The notes below the pieces were generated by a model, which was given only the letters and a program-made list of their open reading frames with translations, made no database searches and was not told the DNA's origin. From a virus, in IMG/VR virus record IMGVR_UViG_3300026488_000021, positions 18,023 through 82,022 of that record: a DNA stretch of 64,000 bases, one strand, 5' to 3'. Positions 35,776 through 48,534 of this stretch are shown piece after piece. How positions within the stretch are numbered: position 1 is the first letter of the stretch; the number at the start of each line of letters is the position of its first letter. The position numbers and the translations under genes are program-made.

Positions 35776-38700
35776 ATGTTAGCATTAAAACTACACGATT
35801 TAAAAAACTGAGTAATTTACCATCCACATCCTTTAAAGAACCCGTTAGCTTGGGACAAGGAGGATTTTGTATTTTATGATAAGAGAGTTGATAAATTACT
35901 AAAATGGAAGTTAAGATATCTTTATAATAATTGAAATCCTAAGATTGTAAAGAAAGAAATAGAAATATTAAATACTACGTATACATTGGAAGAGTTAGAA
36001 GTTCCTAAAAACATTCCTGAAGATATAAAAGTTATTTTACAAGAGTTTGAAGACACAAAAAAAGAGTATATAGCAGATGCTGTTAAAAAAAAACTATATG
36101 GAGATTTAGAATATACAATAGCGGTTGAACTTCTTATTAGTGAGAAAAAATGAATTAAATTAGAAAATGTTGATAAAAATAATTTGGAATATTTGTTTTC
36201 GCTACCGTTTAAAACTTTTTATAAGCAAGCTAAAAGATTGATTGATAGATGAGAAATTACTAATACAGATTTAGATAATATTGTTATTAAAAAAACATCT
36301 AAATATTATTATAATCCTAAACTACCAGTCCCTTATATACCACTATTAGCAAGAGAACATGTTTACACACCAGATTGAAATCCTTGGAATCCGAAACTTG
36401 GTCAGATATATTATTTGTATCATGAAGTTGAAAATACGGTTAACTTATTATTATCAAAAAGACAATATGGTAAAGGAGGGTATGTATCATTAAAATGATT
36501 TCAATATAGAATGGCTGATTGAACATTTAAAAAGGCTAAGGATATAAAAGTCTGAGATAAGTTATTAGCTTCTGATAAAAGGTGATATACTAACGTAGTT
36601 GGCATATCTCTCACAAAAGAACCTGTTTATAAAATTACTCTTTCTAACTGAGCTTATTATTATGCTACTACAGAACATCAACATGTAACTGCTGAGAATT
36701 ATAAAAATTGAAAGTTTGTTTGACCTTATAAAAATACAGTTGAACTTCAAAAATGAGACTTTATACCTTATATGCATAATATAGAGATTAAGTGAAAACA
36801 TGAGAATATTTATAAAATGAAATTATTGTGATATTGGTTGTGAGATTGAACAGTTGCTAGTGATAGTTATGTAAACACAATGTCTTTAGAAATTAGTTGC
36901 TGAACTAATCAAGCTTATATAGATAAGCTTATTCAATATGCTAAATATTTGTGATTAAAAGCAAGAGTGGAGTTAGATACTAGAAAACAAAATCATTGTG
37001 TACATATATACTGATTTGATAATATGAAAGATATTTATAAAAATAAAAGTTGAACTAAATATATTCCTAATTTTGTGTTTGGATTAGATAAAGAATGAAA
37101 GCGAGCTGTGATAGAATGATTATTATGAAGTGATTGATATATACAGATAAAACACAACTGAGTTGTTACAATAGAGTACTGTAGTAAATCTGAAGAACTT
37201 ATTAGAGGATTGCAAATATTGTTAGCAGATGTTTGAGTGTTGTCAAATATTAAAAGCAGATTTATGAAAACGAATTTTAATAAACATAAATGATGAGATA
37301 CCTATTGGTATTTGTATATTACAGATAGACAAAGTGTTTTAGATATATTTGAACACACAAATCTTGATCACAAGCTTAATTATGAAGATGCTTATAATAT
37401 TATTACAACAAACACTAAATTATCCAATTCTAAACATTCTATAATTCCTATGATTGCAAAAGAAGAACAGAAACAAGTAATATCGTGGGAAGAAAAAGTT
37501 AGATTAGGAATTAGAAATATTCAGTATAATTTCCAAAGACGGAAAGCTCCTTACTACTGATTAGAACACTGGTTAAAATATCATTGGGTTAGAGTAGAAA
37601 GTATTGAAAAGATAGGAGAGGAAGAAGTTATACATATACAAGTGGATTGAGATAATTTGTTATGGACAGGATGAGTTTTAACACATAATTCACTTCTTAC
37701 TACCTTAATTGCATTTCAGCATTTAATGATGGATTGAGAGAATTCTATACTATATTTGGTTGAGGCTGAAAATAAAATACTTCCAATCATGCAATATTTT
37801 GAAAGAGGTTTAAAGAAATATAAGCAGGCTTGAATTTTTTCTATGTCAAAAAATGATTATACTATAACTTGTAAAATAACTGGTAATGTATTAAAGTTTA
37901 TGTCAGCATGAAGTAGGACTGGTGTTAAAGGATATTCTTTTAAAAAGGTAATAATTGATGAAGCTGATTACATAAGTGACGATGTATTCTTTTCTTTAAT
38001 TCCAATATTTAATAAACCTGGTGGTAAATTTTATGCGGTATCAACAGTAGCGTTTGATGTTAAATGAGGTTCAACTTGGTTTTATGATTTGGCTAAAGAT
38101 ATAGAACTAGGATTAAATAAAATGATTTGAGACATTCCATCACAAGCACTAACAATCACTCTGTATGAAGATGAGTGAGTTACAAAGCAACAATTACAGA
38201 TGTTTGAGATAATCCGTAAAAGAGATCCAGATCGTTTTTTGTGAGATTACATGTGTATTAGGTGAGATCAAGATACATTGTGGGATAAAAATAAATTGAT
38301 TAGCCCTATTAGTTCAGATGAATATAAAAAGAAGAATGTAATAAATGTCTTAATTTCTCTGGATCCAGCTAAAAAATATGACTATGGTGGATTGGTTGTT
38401 AGTTATATTATTGAAGAAGACTGAAAAAATTATATAGTTCCAGTAGTAGCTGATGAGTTAGAAAAGATGGAATATTATCAACAAATAGAGATTGTTAAAA
38501 AATATGTAGATTTGGCTTTAATAAATCAATTCCCAGTTAATGTTATTATAGACGAAACTGGTGTTTGAGCTGCTGTATCAGAAATGTTAAAGCAACAAAT
38601 ACCAAATGCACACTTAATTAAATTGATGTATACCGCAGGGAATAATATTACAGAAAAAAATGGAGCTATTTATGTTCCTAAGAAAGAATTAGTTGATACA

Positions 38701-38982
38701 TTATCAACACTTGCATCAGAATGAGAGGTTAAAATTCCGTATGATTTAAAGAATTTGATAGAACAGCTTGATACTTATAGGTATGTAAATGGGAAATACG
38801 AAGCTATTACTTGACATGATGATGTGATAGAAAGTTTTTTGAATACAACATTTATTTATAATTATAAACTAAAAAAACACTTGAAATTATTTTGAACATC
38901 TGTAAACTGACAAACAGATGATATCATAACAATACCTCCGCCTAGTCAAACTAGACAAAGATTAAGAAAGTTTCTTTATTAA
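35776..38982 (+). CDS. terL: Terminase large subunit containing an intein
   Basis: KRQYGK|S Walker A, VIIDEADY Walker B, SLDPAKKYD, IDETGVG, HDDVIES. Confidence 0.92.
36475..37689 (+). mobile_element. Intein (405 aa) with LAGLIDADG homing endonuclease
   Basis: MADGTFKKAKDIKVGD, ATTEH, LLGYWLGDG, IEGLLGSDG, VESIEKIG, VLTHN|S; splits the P-loop GK|S. Confidence 0.92.
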
Positions 38983-38995
38983 ATAAACCATCGCG

Positions 38996-40846
38996 ATGGA
39001 ATTTAAAGATTTACAAAATGTAGTTAGTTATTACGAAGAAAGTATATTCCCGGCTTTCTTGGATTATTATAAAAAATACTATTGAGACTTATCAGAAAGA
39101 AAACAATATATAAAAGACTGGCAAGCTAATGAGCCGGCTAAAATTCTGGCTAGAATAGTTGATACTTTTTGGTCGAGAATATACGATAATCAATTTAGAT
39201 TTTATGTTTCGCCTAATAGACAAAAAGATGTTCAAACAGCGAAAGCAGTACAGAATCTGTTAGTTTGGGCTATACAAGTTTCAAATTTGAAACGTAAATT
39301 TTTTAATTCTGCTAAGGATGCTTTAATTACTTGAGAAGGATACGGTAGGGTTAAATATACAATTAAAAAAGATAAGGTTTCATATTTTAATCCTAAATCT
39401 GGTAAGAAAGAATTTTATATTAAGAATGTAGAATACCCTGATTACGTGTATATTTCACCATTTAACATTATGGTGGATCCAACAGCACAAGGATTCGAAA
39501 GCGCTAGATATGTAGTTGCTAGAAGACTGATGACTGAGGATCAAATTAAAAAAGAATATTCTGTTCTTACTGGTGAGATTAAATGATTAGAAAAACTGAA
39601 AGACGAGGAGGTTGCTCAATATTTGTATACAACAGATTGGTTAGCTTTAAAAAACCAAGCTTTATATAATTCGTCTGTATCTGATCCTGTAACTGACGAC
39701 ACAGTGCAATTTGATCCAAATAAATATTTTGAAGTTATAGAATATTGGGAGGCAGATAGGCTTATAATTTGGGTAAATTGATATAAAATTTATGATTGAG
39801 AAAATCCATTACCAATTAAGACATTACCATTTATTCAAATAACTTATAATCAAGAACCTTGAACTCCTAGGTGAATTGGGTTATGATTTCAATTAAAACA
39901 TATAGAGGAAGTTTGAACTGCTGTAATAAATGCATTTCTAGATGATATGAAATTAAAAACTACACCAGTCTATAAGAAAAGAATTTGATTAAATACAATT
40001 AAGTGATTAAATACTGAGCTAGATATTGAACCAGGTATGACAATTCCAGTAGAAGATCCAAATGATTTGTTAGTTATGGAACTTGGTAGACTTAATTATG
40101 ATTTACAAAATATGTACCAGTTCTTATTAAATGAAGCTATGATGATAGCTGGTGTGAATGATATTGTAATGTGATGACCTTTAATGAAAGTTGATAGAAG
40201 TGCTACAAGTTCAGCGGGTAGAATAGAAAGTTTTAAAGCTAGAACTTTAAACTTTTTTGATAGTATAAACCAATCTTTATGAAAGATTGCTGAACTATGG
40301 CTAGGTATGATTATAGCTTATAATCAAGGTAAGAAATTTGAATATAAAATATTTGATGAACAACAAAAGAAAACTATTTTTCAGAATATAAAACTTGAAG
40401 ATATAGAATGACAATTTGATGTTATATTTGATACACAGCAATTAAAATCAGCGATGAGAGATGTAGCTTTACAAAAGAAACTAAACTTCTTGCAAGTTGC
40501 TGCTCAGTTAGCAGTTGATCCAGTTACACAACAACCAATTGTTAACTTAAAGAAATTGGTTGAGAAAATTTGATACGATTTGGACCTACCTGATGTATTG
40601 TATGAAAATAAAGAAGAACCTAAAAGAAAAACTAAGTTACAACAACCTATACAAAATCAAGAAAAACCACAGGTACAGGAACAACCACAGTCACAACCAC
40701 AACAAGAAAATACAGAACAGTTAGTTAATCAACTTATAAATGCTGTTAATGAATGAGTAGAAGAACCAGTTGAGAATCCAAATCCAGAGGATGCTCAGAT
40801 ACAACAACAATTGTTAGCTACTGCTTTAAATGCTAATGCTTGATAA
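38996..40846 (+). CDS. Portal protein (P22/podovirus-type)
   Basis: KDALITGEGY, ISPFNIMVDP, ARYV, EVIEYW, GENP...LPF, DRSAT; follows TerL. Confidence 0.85.
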
Positions 40847-41061
40847 TGTTATTTAAAGATATACAAATTAAATTTGAGATTGAACCTACGAATCTAGAAC
40901 AATATGTAAATCAAGAATGTTTTGATGAATTTGTAAAGTTTGTAAGGAATTATATGATAGATAAAATTAATAAATCTGAATATGAAAAAGCGGATGTCGC
41001 AAAAGAAATTCTATCTACACTTTATTATTTAAAGTGAAAAAAGTCTTGACTTTCTATTTAG
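40846..41061 (+). CDS. Small hypothetical protein
   Basis: 71 aa between portal and scaffold. Confidence 0.55.
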
Positions 41062-41115
41062 TTTTTTTATAACCCTTAATGATAAGGGCTTTTTATTATA
41101 TTAGGGATATTACAA

Positions 41116-41985
41116 ATGGTTAAAATTAAAGATATGGAACAAATGTTTGATATTGAAAACGAACAAACTAAGGAACCAACAATTGAACCTGAAACAGTAG
41201 AAGAAGCAGAAGATATGGAAGATGAGAAATTAATAAATGCAATGTTTGGTTTAGAAGAAGAACCTGAGGTAGAAGAAGATAATAATGTAGAAGAAGAGAA
41301 TAATAATGTAGAAGAAAAAAATAACAATATAGAAGAGGAACCTACTGTGGAGAATGTTCAAAAAGAAGATAATGAAGAATCAGAATTAAATACTAACGAA
41401 GGGCAAGAGCAAGGGGGAACAGAAGAAGAAAAACCAGTTGAGAATTTGATTGAAGATTTACTTTCTGACGCAGAGAAAATTGGTGGTGAAGAAGTAGATG
41501 CAGCTGCACAAGAAGTTCAAGATGCGATTGATGAGGGCGCGCCACAAGACGAAATCTTACAGAAGTTAGCTGAGCTTGAAGAAGCTTTGGCTAACGAGAC
41601 TTTAACAAATGAAACTTTATCTAAGGAAAAAGAACAACTTATTCAGAGAATATCTGAATTGCAAGACAAACTTGCAGAATACGAAATGAAAAGCTATGAG
41701 TATGGAACAATTGAAAAAGCTTTGGAGGAAGATCCAAGTTTAAAATGATTTGTAAAGATTTTAGCTTATTATAAGCTAGATCCAAATAAAGTTGGGAAGG
41801 AGAGATTAATTTCAGCTCTTGATAATCTAACTCAATCTGAGTTCGGAGTTTCTATTAAATCTCTTCTTGACCAAAAAGCGAAAGAAGAAAATAAGAAAAT
41901 GACTATGGGAGAAGAAAAAACTCCTATTGAAATAAATGTGTCAACTGACACAGAAAATCCTATTGAGGATATGTTTGATATTTAA
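41116..41985 (+). CDS. Capsid scaffolding protein
   Basis: Very acidic N-terminus, coiled coil, directly before the capsid gene; single TGA. Confidence 0.75.
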
Positions 41986-42007
41986 TTTATTTGGTAAATA
42001 ATTAAAA

Positions 42008-43336
42008 ATGGCTAACTTATTGACAAAACTACAAGATAAACAAGGTATTGGTTTGTATTCACAATTGATTGCAAAACAAAGAAGTCCGTTTATGTCTGAT
42101 ATACTATTTGGACAAGATATTAACGATCCGTCTTCTACATTGTCTTTTAAAGGGATTTTATTACAAAAGACAACAACAAAAGACGGTAAATCAGTAGAAT
42201 GGAGATTGATTTCAGCTAATGAGGATTATTCTACTCTTGCTGCAAATGCTGCTGCTGGTGCTACATCTATTGATGTAGTTGATGCTACTCCATTCTCAAT
42301 TGGTGATGATATTGAAGTTGGAACAGGTACTGCAAATGCAGAAAGAAAATATGTTACTGCTATTACTGGTAATACATTAACATTGGATTCTGCATTAGCT
42401 AATGATCATTCTGCTGGTGATCAAGTATTGTCTATAACACACGCAAAAGGTGTTGGTGAAGTAGCAGATAAAGGACAAGGTGTATGGACAGATGATACAG
42501 AATCAAACTTCTTCCAAACATTTGATGCTGTACTGGAAGTAACAAAGGATGAATTAAATGCTCATATTATGGCTGGTTCTGGTGCTTTTAATATTTCTAT
42601 GAAACAAGCACTAAGTCAAAAACAAATTGATGCTGGTATTGATAATTATTTAAAATTGGAATTTATTAGAGTATTTGGTTATGATATTCTTAGAAGTGTA
42701 GAAAATGCATTCTGGAGTGGTAGAAAAGCTGAAATAAATGTTGGTGGTAAATTAAGAAGATTTACTGGTGGTTTTGAAGAATATAAAACAACTGATGAAA
42801 CAATTGATGCTTCTACTTTGACAGATAAGGAATTGTTTGATAAAATTGTTTCTCACATTTATGATGTAGAAAACTTAGCATCATCAATTAATGCTAACGA
42901 AGTTGTAGTTGTATGCAATAATGCGTTCTTCAAAAAATTCTTGACATTACAACCATCTGGTATTGCATTACCTGAAAAACCAACAAAAGATGGTTATAGA
43001 TTAACAGAAATTATGTTAGGAAACAAAACATATCAAGTATATTACTCTCCTGCTTTGGATAAATTAACAGCTAATAATCCAACAGTTGGTAGATTGTATG
43101 TATTCCCAAAAGATACAATTGCTGCTAAAACAAGAGAATATACAGATGTAGATGCTAAACAATTGAAGGCTGTTAAGGGTGGTCCAGATATTAAAGTTAC
43201 ATATGATCCAACTGCTCAAGCTGCTGGTGATGTATGGAGATTCTACTTTATGTATGAAGTTGCATTCATCTTTGGTGCATATACACCAAATAAGGCATTG
43301 GATGTTTATAGAAAAATTACAGTTACAAATATCTAA
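42008..43336 (+). CDS. Major capsid protein (HK97 fold, SU10/DUF5309-like)
   Basis: VEW, NFFQTF, VENAFWSG, RRFTGG; strong codon bias; terminator downstream. Confidence 0.85.
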   Translation: MANLLTKLQDKQGIGLYSQLIAKQRSPFMSDILFGQDINDPSSTLSFKGILLQKTTTKDGKSVEWRLISANEDYSTLAANAAAGATSIDVVDATPFSIGDDIEVGTGTANAERKYVTAITGNTLTLDSALANDHSAGDQVLSITHAKGVGEVADKGQGVWTDDTESNFFQTFDAVLEVTKDELNAHIMAGSGAFNISMKQALSQKQIDAGIDNYLKLEFIRVFGYDILRSVENAFWSGRKAEINVGGKLRRFTGGFEEYKTTDETIDASTLTDKELFDKIVSHIYDVENLASSINANEVVVVCNNAFFKKFLTLQPSGIALPEKPTKDGYRLTEIMLGNKTYQVYYSPALDKLTANNPTVGRLYVFPKDTIAAKTREYTDVDAKQLKAVKGGPDIKVTYDPTAQAAGDVWRFYFMYEVAFIFGAYTPNKALDVYRKITVTNI

Positions 43337-43342
43337 TTATAG

Positions 43343-43369
43343 AATACAGCCTAACCGGCTGTATTTTTT
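43343..43369 (+). terminator. Intrinsic terminator after capsid gene
   Basis: AATACAGCC-taacc-GGCTGTATT-TTTT. Confidence 0.8.
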
Positions 43370-43431
43370 CTATTGAAAAAAATATTTATTTCTTTACTGT
43401 AATAGGTAGGTTTATAATTTATTAACAAATT

Positions 43432-44031
43432 ATGATAAAAAGTAATCAAACTGTTTGAAGTTTTATTCAACAGGTAGCTATGATGGTTAATGAAATAGTA
43501 TCATCAAATATGTTTAATGATAATTTTTGGATTTCGATTTTGAATTGGAGTATGAACTATATTTATTGATATCATAAATGGAGTTGGAATATTTATTATG
43601 AAGAGGTAGATGTAATAAATTATGAAGCAGAAGTTACTTATCCTATTCAGGAAATTATTGAAGTTATTGACGATTTATGAAATTTATATATTCAATGAGA
43701 GTATAAGCCAGACACTGGTGTATTTGTTAAAAAATGAAATAAATTGTATTTTAATAATGACTTTGTAGGAAATAAAATTACAGTGGCATATAGAAGATGG
43801 TTTATTCCGTATACTGTAAATGATATGTCATCTACATTAGATATTCCAGCACAGTTAGAATGACCATTAGCTAGTTTAATGCAGTTTAGAATTACACCGA
43901 TTTGGTTGTGAGAGTGAAGTTGAGGTATGATGAATAATTACTTACAGATTGCAATAAATGAGTTAAATCAATTTAGACAAATTGATACATATGAAGAAGC
44001 TCAAAGACCTTTAAACCCTAAGAGGAGATAA
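43432..44031 (+). CDS. Podovirus-type head-tail adaptor (T7 gp11/P22 gp4-like role)
   Basis: HKWSW, ITVAYRR, LDIP motifs; synteny. Confidence 0.65.
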
Positions 44032-45779
44032 TGGCTATACAACAATTGGATATAAGACCACAAGAATGATTTAATCAGATTTATAGTGAATTAGTGAATA
44101 ATGAAATTGTAAATACTCCTTACAATAAAGATTATTCATCTAAATTTTTCTTTTTTAAAAAGAGAAAGTGAATAAAAGAGTATAAGAGAAAAGATGGTTA
44201 TGGTTTTTTAGATTATGCTGTGTACACTGATAATAATTGAAATAAAGAGTTCTTCCTGACTAGAAGACAATCAGACAATGCTTATGTAATATTTGATTGA
44301 GATTTGAATCAAGTTCTAGAAATTTCTGAGTGATGAATTTGTGATAGATTTTATTCGGTATTATGATGAGGAGAGAGTAGATATGACAATTGAACTGTGT
44401 CTAGTTCAGATGCAACTCATATTACTGATAATTCTAAAAATTGGAGTAATAATGAATTAGCTGGTTATTATGTTTATATAGATGATTGAACTGGTGCTTG
44501 ACAACTTAGACAAATATTGTCTAATACTTCTGATACCATCGAGGTAAGTTGATGGAGTGCTAATCCTTGAAGTTGAGCTAGTTATGTGATATATACTAGT
44601 TTAGTAGACAATATAGTTGTTCCATATAATAATTGAGCCTATATATTTGATTGAGAACAATGGTATGACTCTGCTGTGTTTTCTTGATATAAAATAAAAT
44701 GAATGGAGGTTTGGAATAGTAGGTTATGGTATGCTACTGGGAATCAAATAATATATTCTGATGAATGAGATTATTATTTTTCTCCTGCTGGGAATGAGCT
44801 ATTTATTTCAAATCTTGATATAAATAATTTATATTGATTTTGAAATTATTTATTTGTTACTACACCTAAAAGTATTTGAGTTGTGTATAAGGGATTCTCT
44901 ACAACAGATTGAACTCCGTTTTTCATAATTAAAGAAGGGGTGTCACAAGTATGAGTTAAAAATAGGTTTGGGATTTGAAGATATAGGGATGTACTTTACT
45001 TTGTATCGTCGGATCTAAGATTGTATTCACTAGGAGTAACCATGCTTGGAGAGGAAACAGTTTTTAAGTTTCAAGATAATTGAACATTGCCTTCAAATTT
45101 TATTGAAAAATACTATGATAAAGATATAAAACTTTATAGTGATATAAATTATTTGTATTTATTTTGTATAGATGGTGGTAAGACAAAAGAAATATATTAT
45201 AATGATTTGTACAAAGGATGGTTGAATAATGAGTATATGGTAAAGATTAATAGTAAAAAATTATTATTATCGCAGGAATATGTGCTATGAGATTGATTTG
45301 TTTGAACCAGAGAGTGATATAAAGATTTAGACGCTACTTATTGACAAAAGATTAGATGTGTAGTTGGTGAGCCTGATATATTTATGTGGAAAGATATTAA
45401 ATATGTTAATATTTTGTTGTGAAAGAGTGATTATATACAGAACTGAATCTTAACAGTTACATCACATATCTGAAATAAGAAAGTAGAAAGAAAAATAGAT
45501 TTAGCGAGAACTTGATATATTTCAGATATGTGAGATATTATAGAGAACACATACTGAAGTACATTAATTTGATATCCATTATTTGGTTGAGATTTAGGGT
45601 ATTTAAGTGAATATATATCTGATATTGATATTATTCAAGTTTGATTAAATATGACTTGACAACTAATTGAATTTACAATTGATACAGGTGAATGAGATAA
45701 TTGAATATTTTATGGTGGTATGATGGTATATTATAATTTGTTAAACCCTAAATTAAAATATTATAGAAACATTATTTAA
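44031..45779 (+). CDS. Podovirus-type tail nozzle/stabilisation protein (beta-propeller)
   Basis: 582 aa, WNSRLWY..IIYSD, inserted TDNSKNWSNNELAG...GTGAGQ.RQI..NT domain; synteny. Confidence 0.65.
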
Positions 45780-45796
45780 TTAATAAAAATTGTAAA

Positions 45797-47173
45797 ATGA
45801 CAATACAAGAATATTATAATAGACTTGCTAATATGTCAGGAGAAGAGTTGTATAAAAAAATCAGACAAAAATATTGAGATGTATCCTGATTTGCGTTAGC
45901 ATATAATAAAGCTTTAAATAATTATGCAGGAGCAGATAAAGATAAATATAGAGATTTGATAAGTAAGATTGAAGCAAAAGTTGGAGAATATATGAAGGCT
46001 CAACAAAATAAAAATGTTCAGAAAAATAATACTCAGTCCATAAGTGTTGATAACTTGCCTACGAAGGTGGATTTTAATACAAAGATAAATAAACCTAAAT
46101 TACCAAAAGAACCTACTCCGTATGACCTTTGATTCCAGTCTTGATTTAATTCAGCTTTATGACAATTTTCGTCTAAACTGTCTGAGTTACAAAAAGCTAC
46201 AAATAAAGCATTAGAAAGTTTTAAGAATAAATTATGATTAACTGATAAGCAATTATTTAACTTAAAAAATAGATTTGATGTATTTAATCAAAAAGTAAAT
46301 CTGATTGATAATATTATAAAAAGTAAAGATGAAGTATATCAAAACTTATTTAAATGATTGAAAGAGAATCTAGATACATTATCAGAGAAATATGGTGATA
46401 CATATGCGAAGATATGAGAAAGATTAAATAATTATGAAAAGTTGATGTGAGATACATTTAATAAAATGAAAGAAAGACTTAATAAAATTTGAGAGAACTA
46501 TAAGAAAATATTACAATTTAATCAAGCTGCCGCTGGTAGCGCAGCAGAAAAGCAATTAAGATGAGCTACTGGGAAGTGAGCACAATTAAGGGTTGCTAAT
46601 TATTTGCAAGAATTCGCACAGAAATGAGATACAGAACTAGCAAAATTACAGGTGCAGTTAGCACAACAAGCAAATGCATTAGATCAAGAATTCTTGAGAC
46701 TTAAGAAACTTATTATAAATGATAAAAATTTAACTGATAGAGAAAAAGTTAAGGTGTTAGATGATTTACAAAATAGATATAACAATTTATTAAATTTACA
46801 AGCTAAGTGGTGAATTAGTAAAGTAGACGCATATGCTGAACCTAGGCAAGAACAATTAGCAAAAGAAGAGAGAGATGTTGAAGCAATACAAGCACAAAAA
46901 TTACAAAATGTGTTACAAAAATTAAATTATGAGTGGGCTACAAATCCTAAAAATAGGGATATAATAATAAATAAAATTATTTCACAATTAAAGGTTCCAA
47001 TACCAAAAGAATACTTACAAAAACTTAAAACAGCAAAGGATTTTAATGAGGCTTTGTTAGAATTAAAGAATTATGTAAACAAAAATACCCAAGTACGAAG
47101 TGCATTAGATAAACTATTACAATATAGTAAGACAAAAAATAATTTACAATCTAATCAATGAGCCTCCAGCTAA
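45797..47173 (+). CDS. Probable DNA ejection / internal virion protein
   Basis: 458 aa, Q/K/A-rich coiled coil, AAEKQLRGATGKG; follows the nozzle gene. Confidence 0.6.
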
Positions 47174-47594
47174 TTACTGAAAAGATTTAACACCAATAAT
47201 ACAATCTTTAAGGGCTCAGAAACCGGAATTTAACATTGCTACTGTTACAAATAATCCTGGAAATATACTTTACAATCCAAAATTAGAAAAGTATTTGTGA
47301 ATAAGCTGATATTATAAAGCACCAAATTGATATACATATGCTGTATTTGATAGTCCACAGAAATGAAAGGAAGCTATTATTAGATTAATGTCATTGCCTA
47401 GTTATTCCAGTTTTAGTCTTGCGCAAGCTTTACAAAGATGGACTTGAACAAAAAATAATGTTCATTCAAGAATAATTGGTAATTGTTGTCCTGAGTTGTT
47501 AGCTATGAGAGTATCTGATATTCTTAAAAATCCTGAATATACTGCTAAACTACAAAATGCTATAGCAAAATGAGAATGATACCAAGGTCAATAG
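47109..47594 (+). CDS. Virion lysozyme-like domain with no own start codon (+1 frame to upstream gene)
   Basis: TNNPGNI...YAVFDSPQKG..A...AQALQRW...AIAKGEGY; no ATG/GTG/TTG before the NNPGN motif. Confidence 0.6.
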
Positions 47595-47625
47595 ACCTTG
47601 ATTTTTTTATAGAAAAAACTATTCT
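47583..47625 (+). promoter_or_regulatory. Overlapping terminator and promoter at the module junction
   Basis: CAAGGTC-aata-GACCTTG+T-run; TTGATT-N16-TATTCT. Confidence 0.55.
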
Positions 47626-47655
47626 AATTTTAGTTTAATTATATAAAAGCTTAGT

Positions 47656-48525
47656 ATGACTGGTATAAAACTGAATTTAAATTTAGGAAGGAATAGAGAT
47701 AGAGGAAGAGAAAAGAAAAAAATTATAATAAGTGCATCAAATCTTTGAGGTTGAGAGTGATGAACAAGTAATACTTGAGAATCAAAGTATGTTAGGGACG
47801 GATATTCAACAAGATTTGATGAGAATGTGAGTGTTGATAATGTAGAAGAAGCATTAGATGTTATTTTTCAATTTACTTCTATTCCACCATCTGCTTCTAT
47901 AAGAATAAATCCTTCTACTACTTTATATGAAGTGTGAGCTAATGTTACTATAACATCAGAAGGTAAATGAGAATTAGGACAAAACCCTTCTTGAACTTTA
48001 ACTTTACTAAAAGTATTAAAAGATTGAAGTGATTGGTTTAGTCGAACTAATCCTTCGCCTTGAACTTGGTATTGACAAAATGATAATATAGATATTGTCT
48101 TAAATGAAACTACAAATTATAGGGTTTATGTAGAAGATAATCAAGGAAGGAATAATTATTCAGATTATATTAGAGTGTATTGAACTTATCCTTATTATGC
48201 TACCACACAAGATATTACAGTTTTAACTAAACAACCTTTAGAACCATACAATAGTATTTATTTTCAAGCTAATATGGTAGCAGAAACTGATACTGATAAA
48301 CAAAAGGTTGATTTTGAAAAAAATATAGCAATTACTTGAATACAGTTTTATAATACGATATCTTGACAATGGGAACGGTTAAATTGAAGTAAAAGTGCTA
48401 GTTTGAATAATTGGAATATTACAGATATAACACACGATGTTCAATGAAAAATTGTTAATTACAAAAGATACACTTATACTGGAGTTAAGGTATGAGCTAG
48501 AAAATTAAGGTTTTATACAAATTAA
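47656..48525 (+). CDS. Ig-like virion structural protein
   Basis: NVEEALD, PPSASI, YEVG, YPYYATT, YKRYTYTG. Confidence 0.65.
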
Positions 48526-48534
48526 AAATAAATA

